This document shows, piece by piece, positions 7,514-15,868 of a DNA stretch of 64,000 nucleotides. Origin of the DNA: an uncultured Sandaracinaceae bacterium. Its GTDB lineage: Bacteria; Myxococcota_A; Polyangia; Polyangiales; Houyiibacteriaceae. Where the stretch lies: contig CAZBWQ010000010.1 of assembly GCA_964495565.1 (NCBI GenBank), forward strand, positions 3,037-67,036. Direction: 5' to 3'. Made by a program: the position numbers and the translations under genes. Every line of letters begins with the position of its first letter. The first letter of the stretch is position 1. The notes under the pieces were generated by a model, which saw nothing but the letters and a program-made list of their open reading frames with translations, did no database searches and was not told where the DNA came from.

Positions 7514-8286
7514 AGCGCAAGCTCGACATCCGCTATCGCCTGCTGCGGGGTTGGGCTCTGCAGAGTCGCAACACCCAGCACCTCTTGAGGCGTCTCGAGC
7601 GCGCCATGGAAGATTGGACGGGCGCCGTGTTGCGCGCGACGCTCGCCGATCGCGAAAAAGAGATGCTGACCGTCGACCTGTACGACGTGTCCTTTCGTGC
7701 GGAGAACGATCATGACGGACTCTACGAGTGGGAACGGCGGTGGTTCGAACGGCGACTGCCTCGACCCCCGGCGTCGATTCTGGTCGGCGCGGCAGGCGCT
7801 GGTCGGGAAGCAGCCGCGCTTCAGAAGATGGGCTACCAGGTTCATGCATTCGAGCCGTCCGCCTCGGCGTTTCGACTGTGTCGGGAGACCCTCGGCCCCG
7901 ACCACGCCGATCGCGCGAGCTACCGTGATCTGATTGCGACGGTGCTCCTCGGCCAGCCCACGCCCTTGCAGATCGGGCCCGATTCGCGGTTCGATGCCGT
8001 CCTTTTGGGCTGGGGCAGCTTCGGACACGTCCTTCGCCCAGCCGACCGATTCGATTTGTTGCGCGCTTGCGATCGGATCGCGCCCGCCGGCCCCATCCTG
8101 CTGAGCATCTTCCATCCCCAGACCGCAGGTGCCCGTGGCGAGCTTGCGTATACCTCCTGGGGTGGTTTCTTGGCCGCGCCCCCCGTCGAGGAGCTCGAGG
8201 AGCACGCGCGAGCTCTCAATCGAGAGGTCGTCGTGTCACTCGGGACGCCGAGCTGGCACGCCACGTTGATCCCCAGCGCGAAGTAA
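7510..8286 (+). CDS. class I SAM-dependent methyltransferase
   Basis: ATGA overlap with the kinase gene (7510-7513). Motif I-like SILVGAAGAGREAAALQKMGYQVHAFEPS and post-I/II-like FDAVLLGWGSFGHV. Confidence 0.65.
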   Translation: MKRKLDIRYRLLRGWALQSRNTQHLLRRLERAMEDWTGAVLRATLADREKEMLTVDLYDVSFRAENDHDGLYEWERRWFERRLPRPPASILVGAAGAGREAAALQKMGYQVHAFEPSASAFRLCRETLGPDHADRASYRDLIATVLLGQPTPLQIGPDSRFDAVLLGWGSFGHVLRPADRFDLLRACDRIAPAGPILLSIFHPQTAGARGELAYTSWGGFLAAPPVEELEEHARALNREVVVSLGTPSWHATLIPSAK

Positions 8287-9148
8287 CCCCGCGGATGCCA
8301 CGGTGTCCGGCCTCGGCCGCATGCGTCACGAGGGAACGAAGCCCCGCCGGGAGGGACCGGTCGAGCAGATGCGGAGTCCACCAGCGAGGCGATCCGTCGT
8401 GCGTGTCCGCTCCGACGCGCGCCAACACGATCGTCAAGTGGTCGACCCACGAGAGCCGCAACGCGTCGAGCACCGCGCTGGCGACCGGCTCCTCGCGCAC
8501 CGAGTGGTGCCCCAACACGTACCCGGCGGCGCGTCGAAGCCCCGATTGCCGCAGGCGCGCCGCCACCGCGTGTGCATCTCGAACCGAGAGACAAGCTCGT
8601 TGCTGAAGCCATCGAAGGTCCTCGAGGCTCGTATCCCGACGAAACGTGCCGCGTCCCTTCACGAAGTGGCCGACCAGATGCGCGAAGAGATCTTCGTCCG
8701 ACATTCGAGCCACGGGCGCCGCGAAAAGGCCGTCGTCGCGCGACGCTCTCGAAAACACGCTTTCCGTGGACAGTCCGAAGAGACCGTGCGGAAACAGAAA
8801 GGCGTGGACGTCGATGGCGAGCGGCCAAGCGTCGCTCGCGAACGTCGCTCCGGCGCTCGAGCGAACGGTCGGCTCGAATCCGAGCGAGCGCAAGACGGAC
8901 GTCACCGTTTCGAGATCCGAAGGGCGCACGAGGAAGTCGACATCGACGAGATCCCGGCGGCCCCGTAGCGCCGGCCATCGCGCGAGCAAGAGCACTCCCT
9001 TCAACGGCATCAACACGACGCCGCGTGCAGCGCAGGCCTCGATGACGCGATTCGCAAGCGTCAGGGCCAGCTCGTCGACGAGCGCAACTCGAATGTGCTC
9101 TGGCGCACGATCGCTCATGGTCGAAAATATCGATCGCCACGCATGCAT
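8216..9148 (-). CDS. nucleotidyltransferase family protein (NTP_transf_5 / PF14907-like)
   Basis: VVLMPLKGVLLLARWPALRGRRDLVDVDFLVRPSDLETVTSVLRSLGFEP matches the 'uncharacterised nucleotidyltransferase' pattern. Alternative start ATG at 9118. The 3' end overlaps the methyltransferase 3' end by 71 nt. Confidence 0.65.
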   Translation of the reverse strand: MHAWRSIFSTMSDRAPEHIRVALVDELALTLANRVIEACAARGVVLMPLKGVLLLARWPALRGRRDLVDVDFLVRPSDLETVTSVLRSLGFEPTVRSSAGATFASDAWPLAIDVHAFLFPHGLFGLSTESVFSRASRDDGLFAAPVARMSDEDLFAHLVGHFVKGRGTFRRDTSLEDLRWLQQRACLSVRDAHAVAARLRQSGLRRAAGYVLGHHSVREEPVASAVLDALRLSWVDHLTIVLARVGADTHDGSPRWWTPHLLDRSLPAGLRSLVTHAAEAGHRGIRGVTSRWGSTWRASSASRVTRRPLD

Positions 9149-9226
9149 GGGTCAAGCCACGACCGCCCGGGAGTCGCGTGTGCCTGCGCGGTATAAACCC
9201 GAAGTGATCAATGCTATAGAGCGCCG

Positions 9227-9907
9227 ATGGCGACGCATCAGAGACTGGGCGATCTGGCCGAAACGCTGCAAGCACAGGGCGCCGATGAGCTGCGAGTTCA
9301 CGTGGTCCGACGCGCGAGGGAATTCAAGCGGTCCTGGGTGATGATGGCCGAAGCACTGGTCGAGGTTCGCAATCGTGAAGCGTACCTCGACTGGGGATAC
9401 GACGACTTCTATTCGTATTGCTCGCTGGAGCTTCAGATCAAGCGTGCCACGGCCGACAAGCTCACCGGCTCCTACGTGGCGCTGAAACACCATGCCCCCG
9501 CGGTTTTGAAACGCGATGGTCTCAACGAGCGAATCCCGGCCTGTGACGCGGTCGAGTACTTCGCCAAGGCATTGCAGGGCGTGCCCGACAACGACACCGA
9601 GGCTCGCGAGGTGGACCAGGAGGTGGTCGACGAGCTCCGGCATGCGGTGTTCGAAGAGGGAGCGCCCGTGACGGAGCTGCGCAAGCGCTTCAACCCGGTC
9701 TTTCATCCGAAACCCGAGGGCGCCGAACAGATGGACGCGATCCGCCGGACCACCGCGACCACGCGGCGGCTCGAACGGATGATCGAAGAGATCGACGGCC
9801 TGCGCCGTCCGACGGTCCGCGCCGCCCTCGACAGCCTCGAAGCGCTGCGGGAGGAGCTCGTCGAGCTGTTGGAGCGGGCGAAGTCGGCATATCCCCGGAC
9901 CGGGTGA
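9227..9907 (+). CDS. hypothetical protein (helical, acidic C-terminus)
   Basis: 226-aa ORF with good GC3 bias, divergent from the nucleotidyltransferase gene. No motif I can assign with confidence. Confidence 0.5.
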   Translation: MATHQRLGDLAETLQAQGADELRVHVVRRAREFKRSWVMMAEALVEVRNREAYLDWGYDDFYSYCSLELQIKRATADKLTGSYVALKHHAPAVLKRDGLNERIPACDAVEYFAKALQGVPDNDTEAREVDQEVVDELRHAVFEEGAPVTELRKRFNPVFHPKPEGAEQMDAIRRTTATTRRLERMIEEIDGLRRPTVRAALDSLEALREELVELLERAKSAYPRTG

Positions 9908-9970
9908 GCCCCGCGCCTTCCAATGGGGTTGCGGCTGGATGAAACACGTTCTATTTCTCCGGCTGCTGCC

Positions 9971-10420
9971 ATGAGCGACAAGACACCCATGCCCGCCGTC
10001 GAAGGGCTTTTCACGATGGACACGACGCAGCCGAGGCTCGTCGGCACACGATGCAAGGCGTGCGGCACCTATTTCTTCCCTGCCGAAAGGAGCTTTTGTC
10101 GCAATCCCGCATGTGACGAGGGCGAGCTGGTGGAGGTCACGTTGAGCCGCGTCGGTCGCGTCTGGTCTTACACCAGCGCGAGCTACAAACCCCCTCCCCC
10201 ATTCGTGGGCAAAGAGCCGTTCGAGCCCTTTGCAATCGCGGCGGTGGAGCTCGAAAAGGAAGGGATGACGATCCTCGGTCAGGTCGCCGATGGCATCGGC
10301 ACCGATCGGATTCACGCGGGGATGCGCATGGAGCTCGTGCTTCGCCCGCTCTACGAAGACGACGAGCACGTCTACCTCACGTGGAGCTGGAAACCGATCG
10401 CAGAGGCAGGTGCATCGTGA
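9971..10420 (+). CDS. Zn-ribbon/OB-fold protein (DUF35 family), thiolase partner
   Basis: CKACGTYFFPAERSFCRNPAC zinc ribbon followed by an OB-fold segment. GTGA overlap with the downstream thiolase (10417-10420). ATG 9971 preferred over 9923. Confidence 0.8.
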   Translation: MSDKTPMPAVEGLFTMDTTQPRLVGTRCKACGTYFFPAERSFCRNPACDEGELVEVTLSRVGRVWSYTSASYKPPPPFVGKEPFEPFAIAAVELEKEGMTILGQVADGIGTDRIHAGMRMELVLRPLYEDDEHVYLTWSWKPIAEAGAS

Positions 10421-11604
10421 GCCGAGATGTCGCCGTGTTGGGAGTCGGGATGCATCCCTGGGGGAAGTGGGGCCAGAGCTTCATCGGCTACGGGGTCGCC
10501 GCCGCCCGCGCGGCGTTGAAGGACGCCGGCCTCGCGTGGAAGGACGTCCAGCTCGTCGCCGGGGGCGACACGATTCGCAACGGCTACCCGGGATTCGTAG
10601 CGGGCGCCACCTTTGCCCAGGCGCTCGGCTGGTCCGGCGCCAAGGTGTCGAGCTCGTATGGGGCTTGCGCCACGGGCGCACAGGCGATCGGCGTGGCGCG
10701 GGCTCACATCTTGGCGGGGCTTTGCGACGTGGCGTTGGTCGTAGGCGCGGATGCGGCGCCGAAGGGCTTTTTCGCGCCGACCGGCGGCCGACGCCCCGAC
10801 GACCCCGACTGGCTTCGCTTCCACGTTCAAGGGATCACGAATCCGACCTATTTCGGCTTGTATGCTCGGCGTCGAATGGAGGAGCACGGAGCGACCCAGG
10901 CAGATTTCGCGGCGGTCAAGGTCAAGAACTCCCGGCACGGGCTGACGAACCCCAACGCCAGGTACCGCAAAGAGGTGTCGATCGACGAAGTGCTCGGCTC
11001 TGCCCTGGTGGCCGACCCACTTCACCTTCTCGACATCTGTGCGACGAGCGACGGCGCTGCGGCGCTCGTGTTGGCAAGCATGGAATTCGCGAAGAAGCGC
11101 AGCTCCAACCCGGTTCGAATCGCGGCCGTGTCGACGGTGACGCCCGTCTATCCGAACACCATCATCGAGATGCCCAATCTGTCGACCGATTCCAAGGCGG
11201 GCGTCGGGCTTCCCGAGCGCGGCTTCAAGGACTCGATCGCATACGCCGCCTACGAAGAAGCCGGTCTCGGGCCCGAGGACATGCACCTCGCCGAGGTGTA
11301 CGACCTCTCGACAGCGCTCGAGCTGGACTGGTACGAGCAGATCGGGCTGTGCCCACCTGGCGATGCCGAGAAGCTTCTTCGCGATGGCGACACGACCCTG
11401 GGAGGCCGCATTCCAGTCAACCCGAGCGGTGGGCTGAGCTGCTTCGGAGAAGCGGTTCCGGCCCAAGCCATCGCACAAGTCTGCGAGCTGACCTGGCAAC
11501 TACGAGGCCAGGCGGGTGCGCGGCAGGTCGACGGCGCGAGGGCCGGGGTCACCGTCAACCAGGGGCTTTTCGGGCACGGCTCGTCCGTGATCTGCAGAAT
11601 TTGA
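10417..11604 (+). CDS. thiolase-fold lipid-transfer (SCP-x type) protein
   Basis: VSRDVAVLGVGMHPWGKW..., SSSYGACATGAQAIG (nucleophile Cys region) and NPSGGLSCFGEAVPAQ. Classic pairing with a DUF35 protein. Confidence 0.85.
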   Translation: MSRDVAVLGVGMHPWGKWGQSFIGYGVAAARAALKDAGLAWKDVQLVAGGDTIRNGYPGFVAGATFAQALGWSGAKVSSSYGACATGAQAIGVARAHILAGLCDVALVVGADAAPKGFFAPTGGRRPDDPDWLRFHVQGITNPTYFGLYARRRMEEHGATQADFAAVKVKNSRHGLTNPNARYRKEVSIDEVLGSALVADPLHLLDICATSDGAAALVLASMEFAKKRSSNPVRIAAVSTVTPVYPNTIIEMPNLSTDSKAGVGLPERGFKDSIAYAAYEEAGLGPEDMHLAEVYDLSTALELDWYEQIGLCPPGDAEKLLRDGDTTLGGRIPVNPSGGLSCFGEAVPAQAIAQVCELTWQLRGQAGARQVDGARAGVTVNQGLFGHGSSVICRI

Positions 11605-11695
11605 GGGGACCGAGTCGGCTGCCGGCTCGAGAGTGGCCCCGGTGCGACAATTTGCCGCCTGTGCACGGGCCCGGAGCGTGATTACGTAAGAAAGC

Positions 11696-12145
11696 ATGGT
11701 GCGTCTCGTGGCAATGGCAGCTTTGCTCGCATGGGGTTGCTCGGCAGCTCCGGCCGAAGGTGAGCCGGACGAGAGCCGTCAGGTTCAGACGATCGTGCGC
11801 AGCACCGCAAGCCCCTTTTGCCCGGGCAAGACCCTCGATTCCTGTCCGAGCCCGAAAGCTGCAGAGTGGCGCCAAGACATCAACGAGTGGGTGGCGGAAG
11901 GGGTCCCAGGCACGGAGATCCGAGATCGGCTCCAGGCCAGGGTGCCAGGCTTCGATTTGAGCATCCCGCCCGTGAAGTGGGGTTGGGTGATTCCCCTCGT
12001 CGCAGTCGCTCTGTCGACCTTGTGGTTCGTCGTCATGGCGCGACGCTACCGAAAGGCGAACGGGTCCGATCGACGACCCGTCGGACCCGTCCGCGACGAC
12101 CCGTTGGATGCACGGCTCGACGAGGAGCTGGCTCGCCTCGACTAG
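11696..12145 (+). CDS. CcmH/NrfF-like lipoprotein (cytochrome c maturation family, divergent)
   Basis: Lipobox LLAWGCS. FCPGKTLDSCPSPKAAEWRQDINEWVAEGVPGTEIRDRL followed by one TM helix mirrors CcmH architecture, but with C-x6-C instead of CxxC. Confidence 0.45.
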   Translation: MVRLVAMAALLAWGCSAAPAEGEPDESRQVQTIVRSTASPFCPGKTLDSCPSPKAAEWRQDINEWVAEGVPGTEIRDRLQARVPGFDLSIPPVKWGWVIPLVAVALSTLWFVVMARRYRKANGSDRRPVGPVRDDPLDARLDEELARLD

Positions 12146-12161
12146 CCTCGCCGTCGCCGCG

Positions 12162-13436
12162 TCACAGAAGCATCGCCGCGACCGCCGCGGTCATGAGCGA
12201 CGCGAGCATCCCTCCGAACATGGCGCGCAGCCCGAGCTTTGCGAGGTCGTGACGGCGCTCGGGTGCGATCCCTCCAATTCCGCCCAGCTGGATTCCGATC
12301 GAGCCGAAGTTGGCGAATCCGCAGAGGGCATAGCTCACGATGATCGCGGTCCGTGGCGATAGCGTGCTGCTTCCGTCGGCGAGGGCTTCGTGCAGATGGA
12401 GGTAGGCAATGAACTCCGTCAGGACGATCTTTTCACCGAGCAAGGCGCCTACCTGAGCGCATTCGGCGGCGGGAACTCCAATCAGAAAGGCAAAAGGCCA
12501 GAAGATGCCGCCCAAGATCCGTTGGATCGTCCACGGCTCGACGGCTGCATTTCCCTCGAGACCGGCCCACTGATTGTAGAGATCGAACGGCAGAGCGAGC
12601 AGCCCATTGGCCAACGCGATCAAGGCAATGAAGGCCAGCAGCATCGCGCCCACGTTGAGCGCGAGCTTCATGCCCTCGGTGGCGCCCCTGGCCGCCGCAT
12701 CGATCACGTTGGCGTCTCGACGCGGCGTGGTGACGACGCCTTGCTCGGCGCCCTGCGGAGGCTCGGTCTCCGGGCACATCACCTTGGCGATGACCAGGGC
12801 CGCCGGAGCGCTCATGACGCTCGCCGCGATGAGATGCCCCGCGATGTTTGGAACGATCCGCTCGAGCAGCCCGACGTATGCTGCGAGCACACCCCCGGCG
12901 ACGGTCGCAAATCCCCCCGTCATGACGGCCATGAGCTGCGACCTAGTCATTTTTCCGATGAACGGAGCGACCATCAGCGGCGCCTCGGTCTGACCCACGA
13001 AGGTATTGGCGGCAACGCACAACGTCTCGGGACCCGACGTCTGCATGGTACGACGCATGAGCCATGCGAAGCCGCTCACCAGCCGTTGCATGATGCCGAC
13101 GTAGTAAAACACGGTCATCAATGCCGAGAAGAAGATCAGGGTCGGCAGGACGTTGAGGGCGATCGTGAAGCGCTCGGAAGCAAAGTCGCCGAAGACGAAT
13201 TCGGTTCCTCGGGCCGTGAATCCGAGCAGGGCCAAAACTGCGTCGTTGAGGACGGCAAACACGGCGCGCCCCACGTCGGTCTTCATCACCACCAGGCCGA
13301 ACGAAAGCTGAAGCACGAGCCCCCACGCCACCACTCTCCATGGCATGCGGCTCCGATGCTCCGACAGCACCCAAGCCAGGCCCACCATCGCGAAGAGCCC
13401 AAGCAGAGGAACGATGCGCGGACCCAGCTCCTCCAT
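12162..13436 (-). CDS. concentrative nucleoside transporter (NupC/CNT family)
   Basis: Polytopic protein. MEELGPRIVPLLGLFAMVGLAWVLS..., GTEFVFG, NTFVGQTEAPL and GFANFGSIGIQ are CNT signatures. ATG 13436 preferred over 13511. Confidence 0.9.
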   Translation of the reverse strand: MEELGPRIVPLLGLFAMVGLAWVLSEHRSRMPWRVVAWGLVLQLSFGLVVMKTDVGRAVFAVLNDAVLALLGFTARGTEFVFGDFASERFTIALNVLPTLIFFSALMTVFYYVGIMQRLVSGFAWLMRRTMQTSGPETLCVAANTFVGQTEAPLMVAPFIGKMTRSQLMAVMTGGFATVAGGVLAAYVGLLERIVPNIAGHLIAASVMSAPAALVIAKVMCPETEPPQGAEQGVVTTPRRDANVIDAAARGATEGMKLALNVGAMLLAFIALIALANGLLALPFDLYNQWAGLEGNAAVEPWTIQRILGGIFWPFAFLIGVPAAECAQVGALLGEKIVLTEFIAYLHLHEALADGSSTLSPRTAIIVSYALCGFANFGSIGIQLGGIGGIAPERRHDLAKLGLRAMFGGMLASLMTAAVAAMLL

Positions 13437-13482
13437 CAGCGATTCCTTCCCCGCATCTCGTTTCCGGATTCGAGCGGGTCGC

Positions 13483-14751
13483 TCACTCGTACGGCACCTG
13501 AAAGCGTGCACGGTAAGGAGCGATGCGCGCCTCGACGTCGTCTTTCGTCATCCCGAAGTCGGCGAGCGAATAGCGGTGACGGCCGTACTTGTGTTGCTTG
13601 TCCACCTTGCGAGCCGCTTCCATTTCGCTCCGCGCGGCGTCGGTGAGATCGAGGTTGGCCGCCTCGTAGATGCGTGCAATCTCGGGGAGAGGATCCCGAA
13701 CCAGGTCGTAGTACGACACGTCGACGAAGCCGCGATTTTCGACTCGGTCGCGGGTCGCCATCGTGCGACGCGCCATGTTCTCGATTTTGCCCAACCAGTG
13801 ACTCGCGACCCGATGCGGATCGACGTCGTCGCTGAAAATCATCTGCAGATGGGTGAGCATGCTGAATAGCGAGGGGCTGGTCTTGAGAGGGTCGCGATGG
13901 GTGTGGACGATCGTCGCGTCGGGGAAGACCTCGAGCAGTGGATCGAAGTATTCTTGGTGATGGGGCGTCTTCAGGACCCAGCGGGTGGGCTTGCCGATGC
14001 CGGGCCGCTGCCACTGGAGATATTGCATCATCCGTTTTAGAGCCTCGTAGGCCGGCACGTGATCCTGATGCTCGAGCCAACGCGAATAGGTCGGCACGTT
14101 CATCATCGCTTCCGGAGTCGTCGTCAAGAATGCTTGCTCGAGGAGGATCACCTCTTCTTCGGGCGCCTCGGGCTCGGCCGGATGAATGGCGAAAAAGCCG
14201 GGTGACATGTACCGGAGCCCACGGGCGGCCGCCGCGGCTTGGGCGAATCGCGGATCCTTGCGCTGCCAAGGTCGCCGCGGAGGCGGCGCCGGGTTGATCG
14301 CCTCCCAGGAGGCGAGGGATCGAATCGCCGGGTCCCGGGCAATCAACCGGTGCAGCATGGTGGTTCCCGTACGCGCAAGGCCCGCTACGACCACCGGACC
14401 TTCGACGGGAATGTCGAGGATCTCCGGGTGCCGCCGAATCGTGTCGTGGGCGACCAGCTTGTTGGCCAAGACACCCACGATCCGCCCCCGAATGATCATG
14501 CGGCCCACCGTGTTGAGCGCAGCTTCACGATTGATCGAATCGATCAAAATCTCGAGCGGCTCGACGAATGCCTCGTCGCCGAAGTCGCTCAGCTCCGTCT
14601 TGCGTCGGGCGTCGTCCAACACACCGGACACGCTGATCGGTCCGCCGCCGATGCCCAGGCGCGAAAGCAGTCGTCCCACTCGGTTGGCGAACGCGATGGG
14701 CGCCGGACGATGAGGTCGATCGAACGCGCTCGTTACCACGTCGGACGCCAT
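13483..14751 (-). CDS. sulfotransferase family protein
   Basis: 5'-PSB-like loop VVVAGLARTGTTMLHRLI and downstream WVLKTPHHQEYF, typical of the Sulfotransfer_3-like family. Confidence 0.75.
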   Translation of the reverse strand: MASDVVTSAFDRPHRPAPIAFANRVGRLLSRLGIGGGPISVSGVLDDARRKTELSDFGDEAFVEPLEILIDSINREAALNTVGRMIIRGRIVGVLANKLVAHDTIRRHPEILDIPVEGPVVVAGLARTGTTMLHRLIARDPAIRSLASWEAINPAPPPRRPWQRKDPRFAQAAAAARGLRYMSPGFFAIHPAEPEAPEEEVILLEQAFLTTTPEAMMNVPTYSRWLEHQDHVPAYEALKRMMQYLQWQRPGIGKPTRWVLKTPHHQEYFDPLLEVFPDATIVHTHRDPLKTSPSLFSMLTHLQMIFSDDVDPHRVASHWLGKIENMARRTMATRDRVENRGFVDVSYYDLVRDPLPEIARIYEAANLDLTDAARSEMEAARKVDKQHKYGRHRYSLADFGMTKDDVEARIAPYRARFQVPYE

Positions 14752-14758
14752 GGCTCTC

Positions 14759-15859
14759 TCAGAGATCGGCCAGCTTCACGACGCGAGTCTGGGGCTCCGG
14801 ATGCTCGTCTGCGCGCACCCAGCGCCAGCACATGGTGCCTTCCTCGTGGCCGACGGTGTCGATCCAGTTGTCGAAGCCTTTGTCTCGAGCGGCCACGACG
14901 ACTCGAACGGAGCCGTCGGGACGATACTTGGCCGTGTGCTTGTTGACGTGCACTTGGTAGTAGCGGTAGTCGAGCGACTCCATCCAATAATTGTTGAGCT
15001 GAAAGTTCCAGTGCTCGCACTTCGGTGGCATGGCCTCGATCACCAGCGCTTCGTCCGGAGCGAGCTTCCAATAGCTGTGGTAGTACGCGATGTCCGGGAC
15101 GCCACCAGCCATGTTGGAGACGTTCTGATCGAAGCGCGGCAATTGGTTGATGTGCTTCTTGAAGCCCTCGGCCCAGCTCGCAAAGAGCATCGAAGCGCCC
15201 GCGACCAAGCCGGCGGCCATGGTCAGTCCCTCCGCGCATTTGACGGGATCGAAGGGCGTCGGCATGCCGTCTCCTCCGATTCGTTCGATGCGGAGATCGG
15301 CGATCGTCTCGTTGTCCCGGTCGAGCCGTGTTTGCCGAACGATCAGCGTGCCCGTGTCCTTTTCCATCGGGAGCCAGTTGCCCGGCTTCTCTTCGGTGCT
15401 GACGATGATCTCGAAGCTCCCATCGGGCTCGATCTCGAGCTCGGACGCCTCTAGATACCCGGTGGGCGGCATCCCACGACCTTGCCCGTAGTTTCCTTTC
15501 TGCGTGAAGAACCCGAGATAGTGAACCGTGCCCCGGTTGCCCCGGATGCGGTACTCGTGCTCCCCGCTGATGGCGGCGTTTTGATAGTAGTTGTCGGGGT
15601 GGTCGGCGCCCATTTTCGCCGTCTCGTGAACGACGCGTTGCAAGACGGGAGCCAGCGGATCGTTGTGCTCGACGAACGTCTGCAGCGCCGCGCGCGTGAT
15701 GCGGCTCAAGTATCGAAAGCCCTCCATCCGGTTCATCGGATCGCTCGGGGTGTTGGGCCCCATCACGACGTTGCCAGCCATCTTCAGCGTGTCGCAAAAC
15801 TGGTTCCAGACCGTTCCGTCGACGATCTCCTGCTCTTTCTTGGTCAGCTCATCACTCAT
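14759..15859 (-). CDS. conserved hypothetical protein (possibly DUF1214-like)
   Basis: 366-aa ORF with strong coding bias, 8 nt upstream of the sulfotransferase gene. Domain assignment is from memory only and is weak. Confidence 0.55.
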   Translation of the reverse strand: MSDELTKKEQEIVDGTVWNQFCDTLKMAGNVVMGPNTPSDPMNRMEGFRYLSRITRAALQTFVEHNDPLAPVLQRVVHETAKMGADHPDNYYQNAAISGEHEYRIRGNRGTVHYLGFFTQKGNYGQGRGMPPTGYLEASELEIEPDGSFEIIVSTEEKPGNWLPMEKDTGTLIVRQTRLDRDNETIADLRIERIGGDGMPTPFDPVKCAEGLTMAAGLVAGASMLFASWAEGFKKHINQLPRFDQNVSNMAGGVPDIAYYHSYWKLAPDEALVIEAMPPKCEHWNFQLNNYWMESLDYRYYQVHVNKHTAKYRPDGSVRVVVAARDKGFDNWIDTVGHEEGTMCWRWVRADEHPEPQTRVVKLADL

Positions 15860-15868
15860 TCGGTTTCC

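Noticed and set aside
11605-11650. Hairpin cgagtcgg-ctg-ccggctcg after the thiolase gene, considered as a terminator.
   Set aside because: It has an 8-bp stem with a G-U pair and a 3-nt loop but no downstream T-tract, so there is not enough for an intrinsic terminator call.
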